From the IMG/VR virus record IMGVR_UViG_3300021085_000013, positions 1 through 64,000 of that record: a DNA stretch of 64,000 bases. One strand, given 5' to 3'. Below the pieces are notes generated by a model. It was not told the origin of the DNA. It ran no database searches and saw nothing but the letters and a program-made list of their open reading frames with translations. The position numbers were made by a program, and so were the translations under genes. Origin of the DNA: an uncultured virus (IMG/VR IMGVR_UViG_3300021085_000013). Lineage: Duplodnaviria; Heunggongvirae; Uroviricota; Caudoviricetes. Positions 1 to 9,902 of the stretch are shown piece after piece. Each line of letters begins with the position of its first letter. Within the stretch, counting starts at the first letter, position 1.

Positions 1-700
1 GTTTTACGAATTTAGTAGATTTACTTAAATTATATGGATTAAATAAATTATCATTACATTCTTCTACGATAATGTTTGCACATCCGTCCATTGAAAAGGG
101 ATCTAAACACTCAACACAAAAGTTAGGACATGCTTCAATAATACCGTCTTCCGTTTGTGTAGTATATGTGATCGAGATCAATGAAAGAGAATTTCCACCC
201 GATATTTCAGTTATTTCTGCTTTTAAATCAATATAGAGTGGAAGTGTATTATTAAAATCTAAACTGAATAAATCTCCGATGTTTGAAGTTTTATTTAATT
301 CTGAAAATTCTGAAAAAGATCCACCAGTCTGTGACCATCTAAATTCATAATCAAATTTATTTAATTCATTAGGAACTAAGAAAAATTCTATTCCAGATGG
401 TTGTGTTGAAAACTGGGGTGACGTTGTTAATTCCAGGGTGTATGCGTCTGGTACGGAACTAATTTGAAATATCTTATTTCCTAATACAATTTCATCACCA
501 TTGGCTAGAAATGTAAAATCTGTTCCCATTCCTATTACTGTTGGAGATCCTGCATTCAATATAACTACACCCTTTGTCTGTGGTGTTGTTAAACCTGCTA
601 TAATTTCCCAATCCGTAATCTTTATTACGTTCTGAAAAGGATCTTGTAGGGATGCTATGAGTTGATCTCCGTTTGCGTTTGCAGTATATCCTGTTACCAT
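1..700 (-). CDS. Partial (runs off left edge) putative virion structural protein
   Basis: Manually read ORF from ATG at 700 (MVTGYTANANGDQLIASLQDPF...), open to the window edge; preceded by late-promoter motif at 722-730. Confidence 0.6.
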   Translation of the reverse strand, partial: MVTGYTANANGDQLIASLQDPFQNVIKITDWEIIAGLTTPQTKGVVILNAGSPTVIGMGTDFTFLANGDEIVLGNKIFQISSVPDAYTLELTTSPQFSTQPSGIEFFLVPNELNKFDYEFRWSQTGGSFSEFSELNKTSNIGDLFSLDFNNTLPLYIDLKAEITEISGGNSLSLISITYTTQTEDGIIEACPNFCVECLDPFSMDGCANIIVEECNDNLFNPYNLSKSTKFVK

Positions 701-741
701 TTAATATCTAGTTCTTTTGTCTATATATTCGTTAAAGAAAG

Positions 742-1395
742 CTAGTAATCAGTGATTAACATTATTTTGGGATTATCATCTTGGATCTTAGCTTCTATGC
801 AGTCCATTAGATCTAATGCAGTATCAAATTCTTTTCCATCTGAACCTTCTCTCGATCTTACAAAAGAATCTAAAGCATTAAATATATGAGAAGCATGGTG
901 CCTTGCATAAGGAACATTCTTTTTCATAAGACCTAGCGAAATTAAAATAGAGTTTATTTCTTGTAAATCTTTTTCTTGTTGAAATATATCATATAGCCTT
1001 AATGTTCCTGCCAATACTTTAAAATTAAATCGAAGAGTCTTAATTCCATCTATGTCAGATAATCTACTATAAGATTTATTTTTATTGATAGTCAGCTTAA
1101 TATATTCTAAGTTTGTAAAATCTGTTAAGATCTTGTGTAGAAAATAAATAGTAGTTGCTTCTTTATGAAATTGTTCAAAACCAGTTGCGTTGATTCTATT
1201 AATATCGGATTGAAAGTTTTCCTTTAAAAACAAAGATAATTGCTCTTTACTTACAAGAAGAGATCCATCATTAACGACCCTATAGTCCAATTGATTCTTT
1301 ACTAATGTAAGAATCTTATTGTCGATATAATTATATTTGAATAGAGTGGCGTCAACGACAGTGGCCACATCATTAAAGTCGTAGTAGCTAATCAT
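742..1395 (-). CDS. Hypothetical protein (217 aa)
   Basis: ORF abutting upstream gene; no recognised motif. Confidence 0.6.
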   Translation of the reverse strand: MISYYDFNDVATVVDATLFKYNYIDNKILTLVKNQLDYRVVNDGSLLVSKEQLSLFLKENFQSDINRINATGFEQFHKEATTIYFLHKILTDFTNLEYIKLTINKNKSYSRLSDIDGIKTLRFNFKVLAGTLRLYDIFQQEKDLQEINSILISLGLMKKNVPYARHHASHIFNALDSFVRSREGSDGKEFDTALDLMDCIEAKIQDDNPKIMLITDY

Positions 1396-1827
1396 TTAAT
1401 ATACCTGCATTGTGTTTTCTAATTCCAATAGATTCTTATTTAATTCAACCGGGTTGAATTTCTTAAGATCATTGAACTCTCTCATTCCAATTTCATTTCT
1501 TTGTAAAAAGAATTTAATTGTTTCTTCTTTAGGTATATATTCTTTTTTTGATTTTTTAGGTTTTGGAGCTGCCTTCTTAGTTTTAGTATAGATCCATCCT
1601 GGAACTGACCTAAATCTTGAAGATACCATGTGCCAGCTGTCGATAACTGCATTGCCATTAATTCCATTCACATTAAATAACTGTGCATTTGATGGATATT
1701 TAATAGCAAAAAATCTGTTAATCATGAAGTGGTGTCTCTTCTTATTAAAGTTCTTTACGTTCTTGTATTGATTAGGTTTTGTAAACATGATCTTTACAAA
1801 ATCAAATAATTTTGTTTCGTCTAGCAT
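1396..1827 (-). CDS. Putative clamp loader small subunit (gp62-like)
   Basis: 143 aa; FMINRFF...AQLFN...W pattern resembles gp62 family; near gp44 homolog. Confidence 0.5.
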   Translation of the reverse strand: MLDETKLFDFVKIMFTKPNQYKNVKNFNKKRHHFMINRFFAIKYPSNAQLFNVNGINGNAVIDSWHMVSSRFRSVPGWIYTKTKKAAPKPKKSKKEYIPKEETIKFFLQRNEIGMREFNDLKKFNPVELNKNLLELENTMQVY

Positions 1828-1859
1828 ATAAATTATACTGTAAACTTGCTATAAGTTTA

Positions 1860-3086
1860 TTAAAAAAGTTCGTTCAATTTCTTAGTAGAAGGTCTTTCCT
1901 TGCTACTATCTTCTTTTAATCCTGCGAAGGCATCATACTTTTTAGGAGCACCCTGTGATTTCTTTGCCATCCAATCTGTTCCTTCTAAGATCTTTTCCAT
2001 CTGAGTGATATTAGAGAACTCTGGTAAAACATTTCTATCTGCTTCAATATTATTATAAATACCCTTTTGAATTGCAAGGGGAATAGTATTATAGTGAAGA
2101 AGAACTAGATCTAAGTTTTGATTAAATCTAATTCTGATTTCCTTAGGATCAGATTTACCAACAACTCTATAAATAATATCTACTAGCTTATTTACTTGAC
2201 CTCTATTGAAAAAGTGTTCTATTGTAAATTCGCTTTCTTCTTTCTTATATTGTTCTAAGATCTTTACACAATGTTTTTCTGTAAGTGAATAGTTTCTGAT
2301 CTTGCCATTAGATGCAGCTTTAGTCCATGTAATAACTGAAGGAATATTATCTGATTTGTCACCTTGTAAGATTTTACCGAATACAAAATCGTCGCAGTTA
2401 ATTTCTTGAACTTCTACTCTATTCTTATCCATCCATGTTTGGAAGTCTTCTTTTAGCTTGTCGTATGTTGCTTCTTCTGAGGCAATGTTGAATAATAATT
2501 CGTCATTGGTCATTGTAGATGTTTTTCTAGATGCCATTACATCTTCGAAACCTTCAAAGGCAATAAGCTTTTTCTTAGAATTATAATACCATAGAGTATA
2601 TGCATCTGTTGCTTGATTGTAGTTTACAAGTTGAATTAAATCTCTATCACCTGTCCATGCAATGCAATTTTTACCTTCGCTATTTAATTGAGTAGACCAA
2701 CCGTACATTACATCATCTGCTTCTGCACCTTGAACTTGGTGGATAATAATACCTTTTTGTTCTAGTATTTTTTGCCATTCAGCATAAACACCAAACACTG
2801 CTTTCCAATTAATAGAATCGTCATGTGTTCTAGTTCCTTTATACTGTGCATCTGGAAAAAGATCTTTACGCCAAGATTTAGCATCTACTGCTACGACAAT
2901 TTGATCTACGAAAGGAGCCATTTTACGAACTTCTGAAGCAAAGTCAATGCATAGCTTTCTCATAAGCTGGGATTGTGATTCTTTGTCACCTAACAATTGT
3001 TTACCTTTAGGCCTAGGTAGAACGAATAGTCTACTGTGTAAAAAATAGTTACCGTCAATTAACAATGTATGTTTTCCTAGTTTCAT
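1860..3086 (-). CDS. rnh: RNase H / 5'-3' flap exonuclease (T4 rnh-like)
   Basis: LLIDGN, SWRK...YKGTR, EADD, TGDRDL, GDKSDNIP motifs of the 5'-nuclease family. Confidence 0.9.
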   Translation of the reverse strand: MKLGKHTLLIDGNYFLHSRLFVLPRPKGKQLLGDKESQSQLMRKLCIDFASEVRKMAPFVDQIVVAVDAKSWRKDLFPDAQYKGTRTHDDSINWKAVFGVYAEWQKILEQKGIIIHQVQGAEADDVMYGWSTQLNSEGKNCIAWTGDRDLIQLVNYNQATDAYTLWYYNSKKKLIAFEGFEDVMASRKTSTMTNDELLFNIASEEATYDKLKEDFQTWMDKNRVEVQEINCDDFVFGKILQGDKSDNIPSVITWTKAASNGKIRNYSLTEKHCVKILEQYKKEESEFTIEHFFNRGQVNKLVDIIYRVVGKSDPKEIRIRFNQNLDLVLLHYNTIPLAIQKGIYNNIEADRNVLPEFSNITQMEKILEGTDWMAKKSQGAPKKYDAFAGLKEDSSKERPSTKKLNELF

Positions 3087-3104
3087 GTGTTTTGTTTTAT
3101 ATTA

Positions 3105-3136
3105 CTAATATAAGCAAAATTTCTGAGATAAAAAAA
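3105..3136 (-). promoter_or_regulatory. Putative early/host-type promoter TTTTTTATCTC-N12-TATATTAG
   Basis: Identical architecture at 33413-33443; variant at 47148-47179. Confidence 0.65.
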
Positions 3137-3147
3137 TATTTCAGCAA

Positions 3148-4125
3148 TTAATTTCTAATTATTTCTTGTAGCTTATATATACAACTTAGCATGGTTATCG
3201 CTGGGTCAATTACATGAACCCTTTGTGCCTGATGTTCTGCTACAGTTACTGCAATTTGAGGAATATGCTTTGCGCTATTTCCCTTCTCTGATTGAATATA
3301 TTCTATGAACTCTTCTCCTAATGTTTGAAGTATTTCATCTGTTCTATTTGAATATTCGCCTACTAAATACTTATAGTTTTTAACAGGGTCGGTTTCATTA
3401 AAGATTAATTCAAAAACATCTTTATAGACTGAGTTGAACTTTTTAACATCATTTAATGTAATCTTACTCGTTCCTTCTGACTTATATCCTTGTAATTTAT
3501 TAAGTGTCGAGCGAAGATCTGGGAAGTTTCTACGGACAAATTCAACCAATGCTGGTTTTTCTATTGTCATTTCTTCTTTTCCACATATATCATATACTCG
3601 TCTAATATATTTCTTTGTCAATTCGCTCTCTTCTTCTTTATCAAAGTCGAAATTAATTACTTCGAACCTTGAAAGAATTGGATCTGGAATTTTATTTACA
3701 TAATTACAAGTTGCAATAAACCTTGAATTAGATGCAAATTGTTCCATAGTAGCACGAAGCGCTTTAAAGAATTGATCAGATACACCATCTACCTCATCGA
3801 GGATAACTATTTTCATCTTACCCTGATCATCTAAGATAGACATAGTAGAACAGAAATCCATAATCCTGGTTCTAATAACATCTACTGAAGTATCAGTTGA
3901 TGCATTGATGTAAATATAAGGAAGTTCGAATTGCTTAACAATCGCCTTCGCAGTAGATGTCTTACCGGTACCAGGGCTTCCAGCTAAAAGTACATTTTGA
4001 GTTAGACCATCTTTAAATTTTGACATTACTCTTTCTGGTAAAATCAATTCGTCTAAGTTGCTTGGACGATATTTTTCTGTGAACAGTGTGTGAACCATGT
4101 AAATTTGTTTAATAATTATACACAA
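3148..4125 (-). CDS. gp44: Clamp loader AAA+ subunit (gp44/RFC-like); true start probably 4098 (MVHTLFTEKYRP)
   Basis: EKYRP, Walker A GSPGTGKT, INAS, Walker B LDEVD, SRF arginine finger. Confidence 0.93.
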   Translation of the reverse strand: MCIIIKQIYMVHTLFTEKYRPSNLDELILPERVMSKFKDGLTQNVLLAGSPGTGKTSTAKAIVKQFELPYIYINASTDTSVDVIRTRIMDFCSTMSILDDQGKMKIVILDEVDGVSDQFFKALRATMEQFASNSRFIATCNYVNKIPDPILSRFEVINFDFDKEEESELTKKYIRRVYDICGKEEMTIEKPALVEFVRRNFPDLRSTLNKLQGYKSEGTSKITLNDVKKFNSVYKDVFELIFNETDPVKNYKYLVGEYSNRTDEILQTLGEEFIEYIQSEKGNSAKHIPQIAVTVAEHQAQRVHVIDPAITMLSCIYKLQEIIRN

Positions 4126-4142
4126 AAGGGCAGTTTTGTTTC
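4115..4142 (-). promoter_or_regulatory. Putative middle promoter AAAC-N16-GTA(T/G)AA(T/C), representative copy
   Basis: Same 16-nt spacing with -10 boxes at 1832, 4115, 13400, 21024, 25361, 30388, 32252, 35351, 35795, 53626. Confidence 0.8.
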
Positions 4143-4157
4143 AAGAATAAATACTAT

Positions 4158-4670
4158 ATGGCATATAATAAAAAATATCCTAAATTAGAAAGGGTTTCCC
4201 CTCATTCTCCTTACTCTAATAGATTTGGAATTAAGTTATCGAATCTTGCAAGACAGCAGAAGAGACTATTAATAGAAAATCCTATTTTAGGCGAGAGGTG
4301 TGAAAGTGATCAGTTCGTTCATATCATATTCAATATATGTCAACATAGATATACTTCCTCTAAAAATAAGTATTATTATGATTGGTCTACTGATTCGTTT
4401 GTGAAGATGGAAGATCTTAAAGAAAACTATAATACGATAGATTGGGTCTGTGCACTATCTGGTAAACCTATCAGATCTAAGACTGATAACTTTAGCTTGG
4501 AAAACTTTGTACATCCAGAGTATCATGATGCATTACTGGCTCCTATGGTGGATGCTAGAATACTTAAGTCATCAATAGAGTTTCGTAAGCACATAAAAAA
4601 ACTCCTATTGAATCAACAACAGGAGTTTCTAAATTTAGCTCGTAAAAATTCTAAAAAGAATTTAGATTAA
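4158..4670 (+). CDS. Hypothetical protein; only credible plus-strand gene
   Basis: 170 aa ORF fills the gap between minus-strand genes; GAATAAATA upstream at 4145-4153. Confidence 0.65.
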   Translation: MAYNKKYPKLERVSPHSPYSNRFGIKLSNLARQQKRLLIENPILGERCESDQFVHIIFNICQHRYTSSKNKYYYDWSTDSFVKMEDLKENYNTIDWVCALSGKPIRSKTDNFSLENFVHPEYHDALLAPMVDARILKSSIEFRKHIKKLLLNQQQEFLNLARKNSKKNLD

Positions 4671-6092
4671 CTTAGAGAAACGATCTTTAACTGAAATAGA
4701 CTCCTGTATTAAAGATTCCATTTCCATTTTTCTAAGATCAGATTCAAATATTAAACCTAATTTAGTATTGTTTAATTGCCATGATTCTTTTGCAAGAATT
4801 TTAGCTTTAAGTTCTTTAGCCTTTTTGATTTTAGCTTCATCTCCACTTTCTTCTGCTTTCGCAATAACAGCATCAACTCTTTTAGTCATACCTTCTTTTG
4901 AATTATCCGTTTTATCGACTTCTTCAGTTTCTTCTTCAGTTTCTTCTTCCTTTTCAGATTCTTCATCGTCATTAGATGTTCCAAACGCATCGAAATCATC
5001 TTCTTTTTCTGGAGTTTCTTCTGGAGTCTCCGTTGGATTTTCTTCTTCAGTTTCTTCAGGCGTTGTTTCTTTCGCTTTATTCTTCTCTTGCTCTGCCTTT
5101 ACTTTTTCTAATTCAGCCTTAACCTTTTCATCGTTTGCAGCTGCATCATCTAGTTTTTTTGCATTCTTCTCCTGCTCAGCCTTGATTTTGTCCATTCTCT
5201 CCTTTTGAGCCTGTTTAGATTTTGTAATTCTTTCTTTTAGATCTTTCTTAGTTTCAGGACTCATCTTATCTCCCATTGCATCTAATTTATATGTTGCAAT
5301 TTCTTGAGCAGTGGAATCTTTAATATCTGCTATTAGGGTTTTTACTTTACCAGATCCAAATCCGCTTACTTCAGCATATTTAGCTTCAGTCGATGCTTCA
5401 AAATCAGAAGTGGCCTGTTTAATTCCGTCTCTTTTCTTTGTCATTGCAGATATTTGATTATCTAATTTGACTTTCATTTTTGCTAAAGCATCTTTTTTAG
5501 CCTTAGCCGAAGCAGCTTCCTTATCCTTTTTAACTTTAGCCTTAACTTTAGCCTTTGCATCCTTTGTAGGAGCATCAGCTTCTTCAACAGATTCAGTAGT
5601 ACTTAATTCTGCCTTTTTAGTTTCTAATGAAGAAACAGCTACTTCCATTTTAACAGTTTGCATTTTCAGCTGCTTAAGTTTAGTGTAATCTTTTTCAGCG
5701 CTCTTCATGACCTTCTTATTTTTAGAAGTATCTTTAATAGCCTTTGCACCTAAACCAACCGTACCGATAATTGCCGTTAATCCTAAAACTGCTCCCATGA
5801 TAATAGGATCTTGCATAAGAACAGCTCCCATTGGATTTTGTTCATTTAATACCTGATCTTCTGACTCTGTAAGTTGATCGGAAAGAGTTTTTAATGAATT
5901 GATAATATCATCACAGTCTTGCATCATCTTAGAATAACCTTCTTCTCCTGTTGTTTCTGGAGATGCTACTACAGTAACTGCGTCTGATTCTATTGAAGTT
6001 GATGATTTAGCTACAGGTATATTATCTTCGGTTGATTCATCTATTGAATTAGCCTTTTTTGTATGATTATACCATTGTTCGAATGTTTTCAT
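4662..6092 (-). CDS. Putative internal head/ejection protein with hydrophobic helix and long coiled coil
   Basis: N-terminal MKTFEQW (IP-like); hydrophobic IIMGAVLGLTAIIGTVGLGA; K/E-rich helices; directly downstream of major capsid gene with its own late motif. Confidence 0.6.
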   Translation of the reverse strand: MKTFEQWYNHTKKANSIDESTEDNIPVAKSSTSIESDAVTVVASPETTGEEGYSKMMQDCDDIINSLKTLSDQLTESEDQVLNEQNPMGAVLMQDPIIMGAVLGLTAIIGTVGLGAKAIKDTSKNKKVMKSAEKDYTKLKQLKMQTVKMEVAVSSLETKKAELSTTESVEEADAPTKDAKAKVKAKVKKDKEAASAKAKKDALAKMKVKLDNQISAMTKKRDGIKQATSDFEASTEAKYAEVSGFGSGKVKTLIADIKDSTAQEIATYKLDAMGDKMSPETKKDLKERITKSKQAQKERMDKIKAEQEKNAKKLDDAAANDEKVKAELEKVKAEQEKNKAKETTPEETEEENPTETPEETPEKEDDFDAFGTSNDDEESEKEEETEEETEEVDKTDNSKEGMTKRVDAVIAKAEESGDEAKIKKAKELKAKILAKESWQLNNTKLGLIFESDLRKMEMESLIQESISVKDRFSKLI

Positions 6093-6125
6093 CTTTTATA
6101 TTGATTTGTTTATAAACTTATAATC

Positions 6126-6133
6126 TATATATC
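6126..6133 (-). promoter_or_regulatory. Putative late promoter (G/A)ATATATA, representative copy
   Basis: Copies start at 722, 6126, 7742, 9867, 10279, 11922, 14263, 16446, 28450, 39566, 49367, 53670, 53900, 55040, 61603, all just upstream of gene starts. Confidence 0.75.
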
Positions 6134-6153
6134 CGTTTAAGTTTCAGCGAAAC

Positions 6154-6184
6154 AAAAAAAGGTCCTCTAAAATAGAGGACCTTT
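6154..6184 (-). terminator. Rho-independent terminator after major capsid gene
   Basis: Perfect stem aaaggtcctcta/tagaggaccttt, 3-nt loop, followed by U-run on minus strand. Confidence 0.85.
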
Positions 6185-6212
6185 AATATTAAAATCTAAA
6201 AGTTAGTTCTAA

Positions 6213-7640
6213 TTAAAGAGCTAATTTAGATACATTGTATGTAACATATTGAGTTTCTGGGTGGAAACCTGCTTCAACTAATGCGAATCTAGATTTAACA
6301 GCAACTTTAGGAGCCATAGTTCCTTCAGCGATTGTTTGTACTGATTCAGCCATTAAGTAAGGCATGAATACTAATCCAGGACCGTTACCATCACCTTTTC
6401 TACCAACTACTACTTCATAAGTATTGTCAGCAGCACCTTCCCATGCTTGTCTTGGGTCAGTGTATACATTTACACCAGCTACAGAACCTACTGGGTAGAT
6501 TGCACCTGCTGCTTGTGATAATGTGTTAGCCATTGGGTTAGCAACGAAACCAGCAACTGATTGTAAAGCTGTAGCCACTTTAGGACCTACAACACAGAAG
6601 TTACCTGCACCTCTTCTACCTCTGTTTGCGATAAAGTTCGCAGCAGCAAGGATTGAAGTTAAGATTCTTCTATGGTTAGAAGCGATAGTCTCACCACCTA
6701 ATGTATCTTCAGATAAGTCTAAGTCTAAGTTAGCACCTGAAGCTGTAACGTTAGCTTTACCTAAAGAATTAAGTTTAGCTAAGATTAAGTTGTTGATTGA
6801 CTGAGTTAATTCGTTAGTTAATACTGACTCAACTTGAGCAACAGCATCTACACCGAATTGTTTAAGATCTTGTACTTGTTCTCTAGTAACTGCAGCAGCA
6901 ACTTGGAAAGTTTCAGCAGCAACACTTTTTGAGAATAAAGAAAGACCCATAACTTTGTCAGGAGTTTGTTCACCAACACCTCTTGAGAATGCATTACCAT
7001 CCTTGTCAGCAGCAGCGAATCCTTTAATATGATCTTCTAAAGCTTTCACTAATTCGATCTTTAAAGTAGAAATACCATCAGCGTCGTCAGCTGAGAAACA
7101 ATCTGCAACTGCACCAGCATCAGCTTTCGCTTCACCAGCTACAGTGATTTTGTAAATTTCCATACCGTCTAATCTAGAAGCACCTTGAGCAATTGCAAAA
7201 GTATCTCCTTCAGCAGTAGCACCAACAACTACGTTAGTACCTGATACTTTTACATAAGTTGGAGCAGTTGATCCGATTAATTTACCACCTTCGTAAACGA
7301 AGTCTAAGTAAGATAAAAGACCCATTGGTCCAGCCATTGGTACAACTGGTACTAAGTCTAAACCGATAGTTTGTGCAGCAACTTGCATTGCTAATGGTAA
7401 TAATGTAGGAGCTTTATCACCTGAACCGTCTGCAGTTGCAGAAGGTAAAGATACATCACCCATACCGTAGATGTTACCAGCAGTCCCTAAAGACATGATG
7501 TGTGCATCTTCGTAAAGTTTGTGGTTATGACAGTATTCTGACATCCACGCTAGTTTTTCTGCTTCGTTGATACCTGTAGCTGATTCGATGATCGGAGCCC
7601 AAGTTTCTCTAACTTCTGCAGAGTTAATTAAATTTGCCAT
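6213..7640 (-). CDS. gp23: Major capsid protein (T4 gp23 family)
   Basis: W-PI-E N-terminus, VVPMAGPMG-L-YL, LTNELTQSIN, IANRGRRGAGNF, GLVFMPY, PKVAVKSRFAL. Confidence 0.95.
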   Translation of the reverse strand: MANLINSAEVRETWAPIIESATGINEAEKLAWMSEYCHNHKLYEDAHIMSLGTAGNIYGMGDVSLPSATADGSGDKAPTLLPLAMQVAAQTIGLDLVPVVPMAGPMGLLSYLDFVYEGGKLIGSTAPTYVKVSGTNVVVGATAEGDTFAIAQGASRLDGMEIYKITVAGEAKADAGAVADCFSADDADGISTLKIELVKALEDHIKGFAAADKDGNAFSRGVGEQTPDKVMGLSLFSKSVAAETFQVAAAVTREQVQDLKQFGVDAVAQVESVLTNELTQSINNLILAKLNSLGKANVTASGANLDLDLSEDTLGGETIASNHRRILTSILAAANFIANRGRRGAGNFCVVGPKVATALQSVAGFVANPMANTLSQAAGAIYPVGSVAGVNVYTDPRQAWEGAADNTYEVVVGRKGDGNGPGLVFMPYLMAESVQTIAEGTMAPKVAVKSRFALVEAGFHPETQYVTYNVSKLAL

Positions 7641-7795
7641 TTTATTATTTGTTTTTTTTTAATGGTTGTTTAAATTTGATCGATTGAACGATCTTCTCGA
7701 TGTTTGTCAGATTTTTTCTTCTTATCTGATTATCGATATACTATATATTGTTATTATATTTACGTTTTTTACGTTTTTCCTAAAATATTAAGATA

Positions 7796-9844
7796 CTACT
7801 TGTTAAATCTCTTGTTAATAGACTTCTTAACATCAGTTAAATCGTATAAAGGTTTCTTATCTTCAATAACAGGAGCAGCTTCATTTACTGTCTCTACTTT
7901 TTCCATAACTACAGCAACATCTCTAAGATCTCTAGTTTGCCAGAAGTTTCTTACTTGGTAAGCAGTTTCTAGTTTATGGTATTTAGATTGAGCTAAAAGA
8001 GCTGTTTTCTTGTTATCTGATAATTTAGACCATGTTTCTTTATATTCTTCTGGCATCATTTCAATAACATTAGGTTCGTTAGTTTTAACGCTATTTAATA
8101 ATGAAGAGTTCCATAATGTAAGAATTTGTCCTTCAGTTAAGAATCCTTTTCCTTCGATTGATTTTAATACTTTAGATTGATCTTCAGTATTTAATTCGTT
8201 GTATTCTGCTTTCTTAGCTTCAGAAATAAATCTAAAGAAATGAGGGTTAGTATTTTCTTTAACGGTTGCTTTTTCGATTAAAGCAGATAATTTAGAACTA
8301 ATTTCAGATTTGTAAGCATCTAGTGAATCTACTGCTTCTTCAACTTCTTCAGTTTCTTCAACTTCTTCAGTTTCTTCAACTTCTTCAGTAGCTTCAATTT
8401 CTTCTTCTACGAATTCTTCTGCATTTTCTTTATCTTCGGCATCAACGTCTTTAACTTTGAAAGTTTCACCGTCTACTGTAAATTCTGTTTCTCCGTCTGC
8501 GATTGCTTTAGCTCTTGCAGCACCGAATGCATTTCCTTCTTCAACTTCTTCAGTTTCTTCAACTTCTTCAGTTTCTTCAACTTCTTCAGCAGCCTCTTCT
8601 TCAGAAATTTCTTCGTCACCGGCATCGTCAACTGTATCTTCTAACTCGTCTTCTAACTCGTCAGATTTGTCTTCAACTTCTGCACCGTGATCTAATTCAT
8701 TATCTTCAGCATCAACAGTAGGTTCAGTAACATCTGTAGAATCGTCTTCATCTTCAATTTCTTCAACTTCTTTACCAGCTTCATCTTCTAGTAATAAGTT
8801 AGAATTAACTGTTTCTGCAACGTATTCTGCATATTCAGTAACTTTTTCTAAATTTTCTTTTAAGTATTCAATATACTTTAATAAGCCTTCATGGGTTGTT
8901 GCACCTTCATTATAAGATTCTGCTAAGTAATTAGTATAGTCTTTAATTGATTCAACACCTTCAGCAACATGCTCAGTATATGCAACGCTATTATCTAATT
9001 TCTCAGATATTTCGTTATTTGTAGTTATTGTATTATCTAAGTTTTCAGCAAGGTATGCAGAATACTCGATAGTCTTTTCTAATTTCTCAGCAAGATAGTT
9101 TGAATATTCTTTAACGCTTTCAACTTCAGACTTTACAGATTCATCACTATTTAAAGATTCCATTCCCTCTTTAATAGTTTTTATTTCGCTTGATAAATAC
9201 TGTGAATATTTATTAAAATCATCAGTACTTACGAATTTTGATTCAGCCATTTTGTTTTCAGTTTTATTTTCGGTTGTTAAAAGTTCTTTTGTATTTCCAA
9301 TTTCATAAATTTGAATGCTAGAATCGTTATCAAATCCGAAAGATTCGTTAACTCTTTTTAATTCAGCATTTTCAAAACCAGGATCTGCAACTAAATCATA
9401 AGTGAATAATTGCTTAATTTTAACAGTCCCGTTAGATTCAACTGTACCAGCTGCTCTAGATGAAATTTGTAAAGGAACACCAGCATCAACCAAAGCTTTA
9501 GCCTGACGACCAGCTTCAGTATCAAGTAATCTGATTTTACCTTTTACTTGTTTTGTTTCGCTATCATAGGATAATTCTTCAATAACGTGAGATACGTTTT
9601 TTAAAGATACATCAAATGTTTGTGGGTGATCTAATTCTCCTAAAAGTTTAGAAGAACCTATTTTAGATTGAAGAGCTTCAATTTGTGGAACATATTCTGA
9701 CTCAGTATAGATTCTATTATTTCTATTCTTTTTGTCAATTTCTCCAAATATACCTTCAAGGACATAAGCCCCATCACCATCTTGTTTGAATTCTAATTCA
9801 CTAGAAGATCTTTCTAGGATTAATAGATTGTTTTTTGTATTCAT
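7796..9844 (-). CDS. gp21: Prohead protease (gp21-like) fused to scaffold/core domain (gp22-like)
   Basis: N-terminal ~170 aa with NRNNRIY, GELDHP, ISSRAAG, TYDLVADPGF; then helical YxxYLAE repeats and acidic region. Confidence 0.9.
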   Translation of the reverse strand: MNTKNNLLILERSSSELEFKQDGDGAYVLEGIFGEIDKKNRNNRIYTESEYVPQIEALQSKIGSSKLLGELDHPQTFDVSLKNVSHVIEELSYDSETKQVKGKIRLLDTEAGRQAKALVDAGVPLQISSRAAGTVESNGTVKIKQLFTYDLVADPGFENAELKRVNESFGFDNDSSIQIYEIGNTKELLTTENKTENKMAESKFVSTDDFNKYSQYLSSEIKTIKEGMESLNSDESVKSEVESVKEYSNYLAEKLEKTIEYSAYLAENLDNTITTNNEISEKLDNSVAYTEHVAEGVESIKDYTNYLAESYNEGATTHEGLLKYIEYLKENLEKVTEYAEYVAETVNSNLLLEDEAGKEVEEIEDEDDSTDVTEPTVDAEDNELDHGAEVEDKSDELEDELEDTVDDAGDEEISEEEAAEEVEETEEVEETEEVEEGNAFGAARAKAIADGETEFTVDGETFKVKDVDAEDKENAEEFVEEEIEATEEVEETEEVEETEEVEEAVDSLDAYKSEISSKLSALIEKATVKENTNPHFFRFISEAKKAEYNELNTEDQSKVLKSIEGKGFLTEGQILTLWNSSLLNSVKTNEPNVIEMMPEEYKETWSKLSDNKKTALLAQSKYHKLETAYQVRNFWQTRDLRDVAVVMEKVETVNEAAPVIEDKKPLYDLTDVKKSINKRFNK
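8339..8590 (-). repeat. Two short tandem arrays of an 18-bp unit encoding EEVEET
   Basis: cttcaacttcttcagttt repeated at ~8339-8390 and ~8539-8590 within the scaffold region. Confidence 0.8.
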
Positions 9845-9902
9845 ATATTTTAATACTATGTTTGTTTATATATCTTTTGAAGAATAATGATTTTTCATTT
9901 TT

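Noticed and set aside
8339..8590. Repeats as a possible CRISPR array
   Set aside because: In-frame 18-bp coding repeats with no unique spacers
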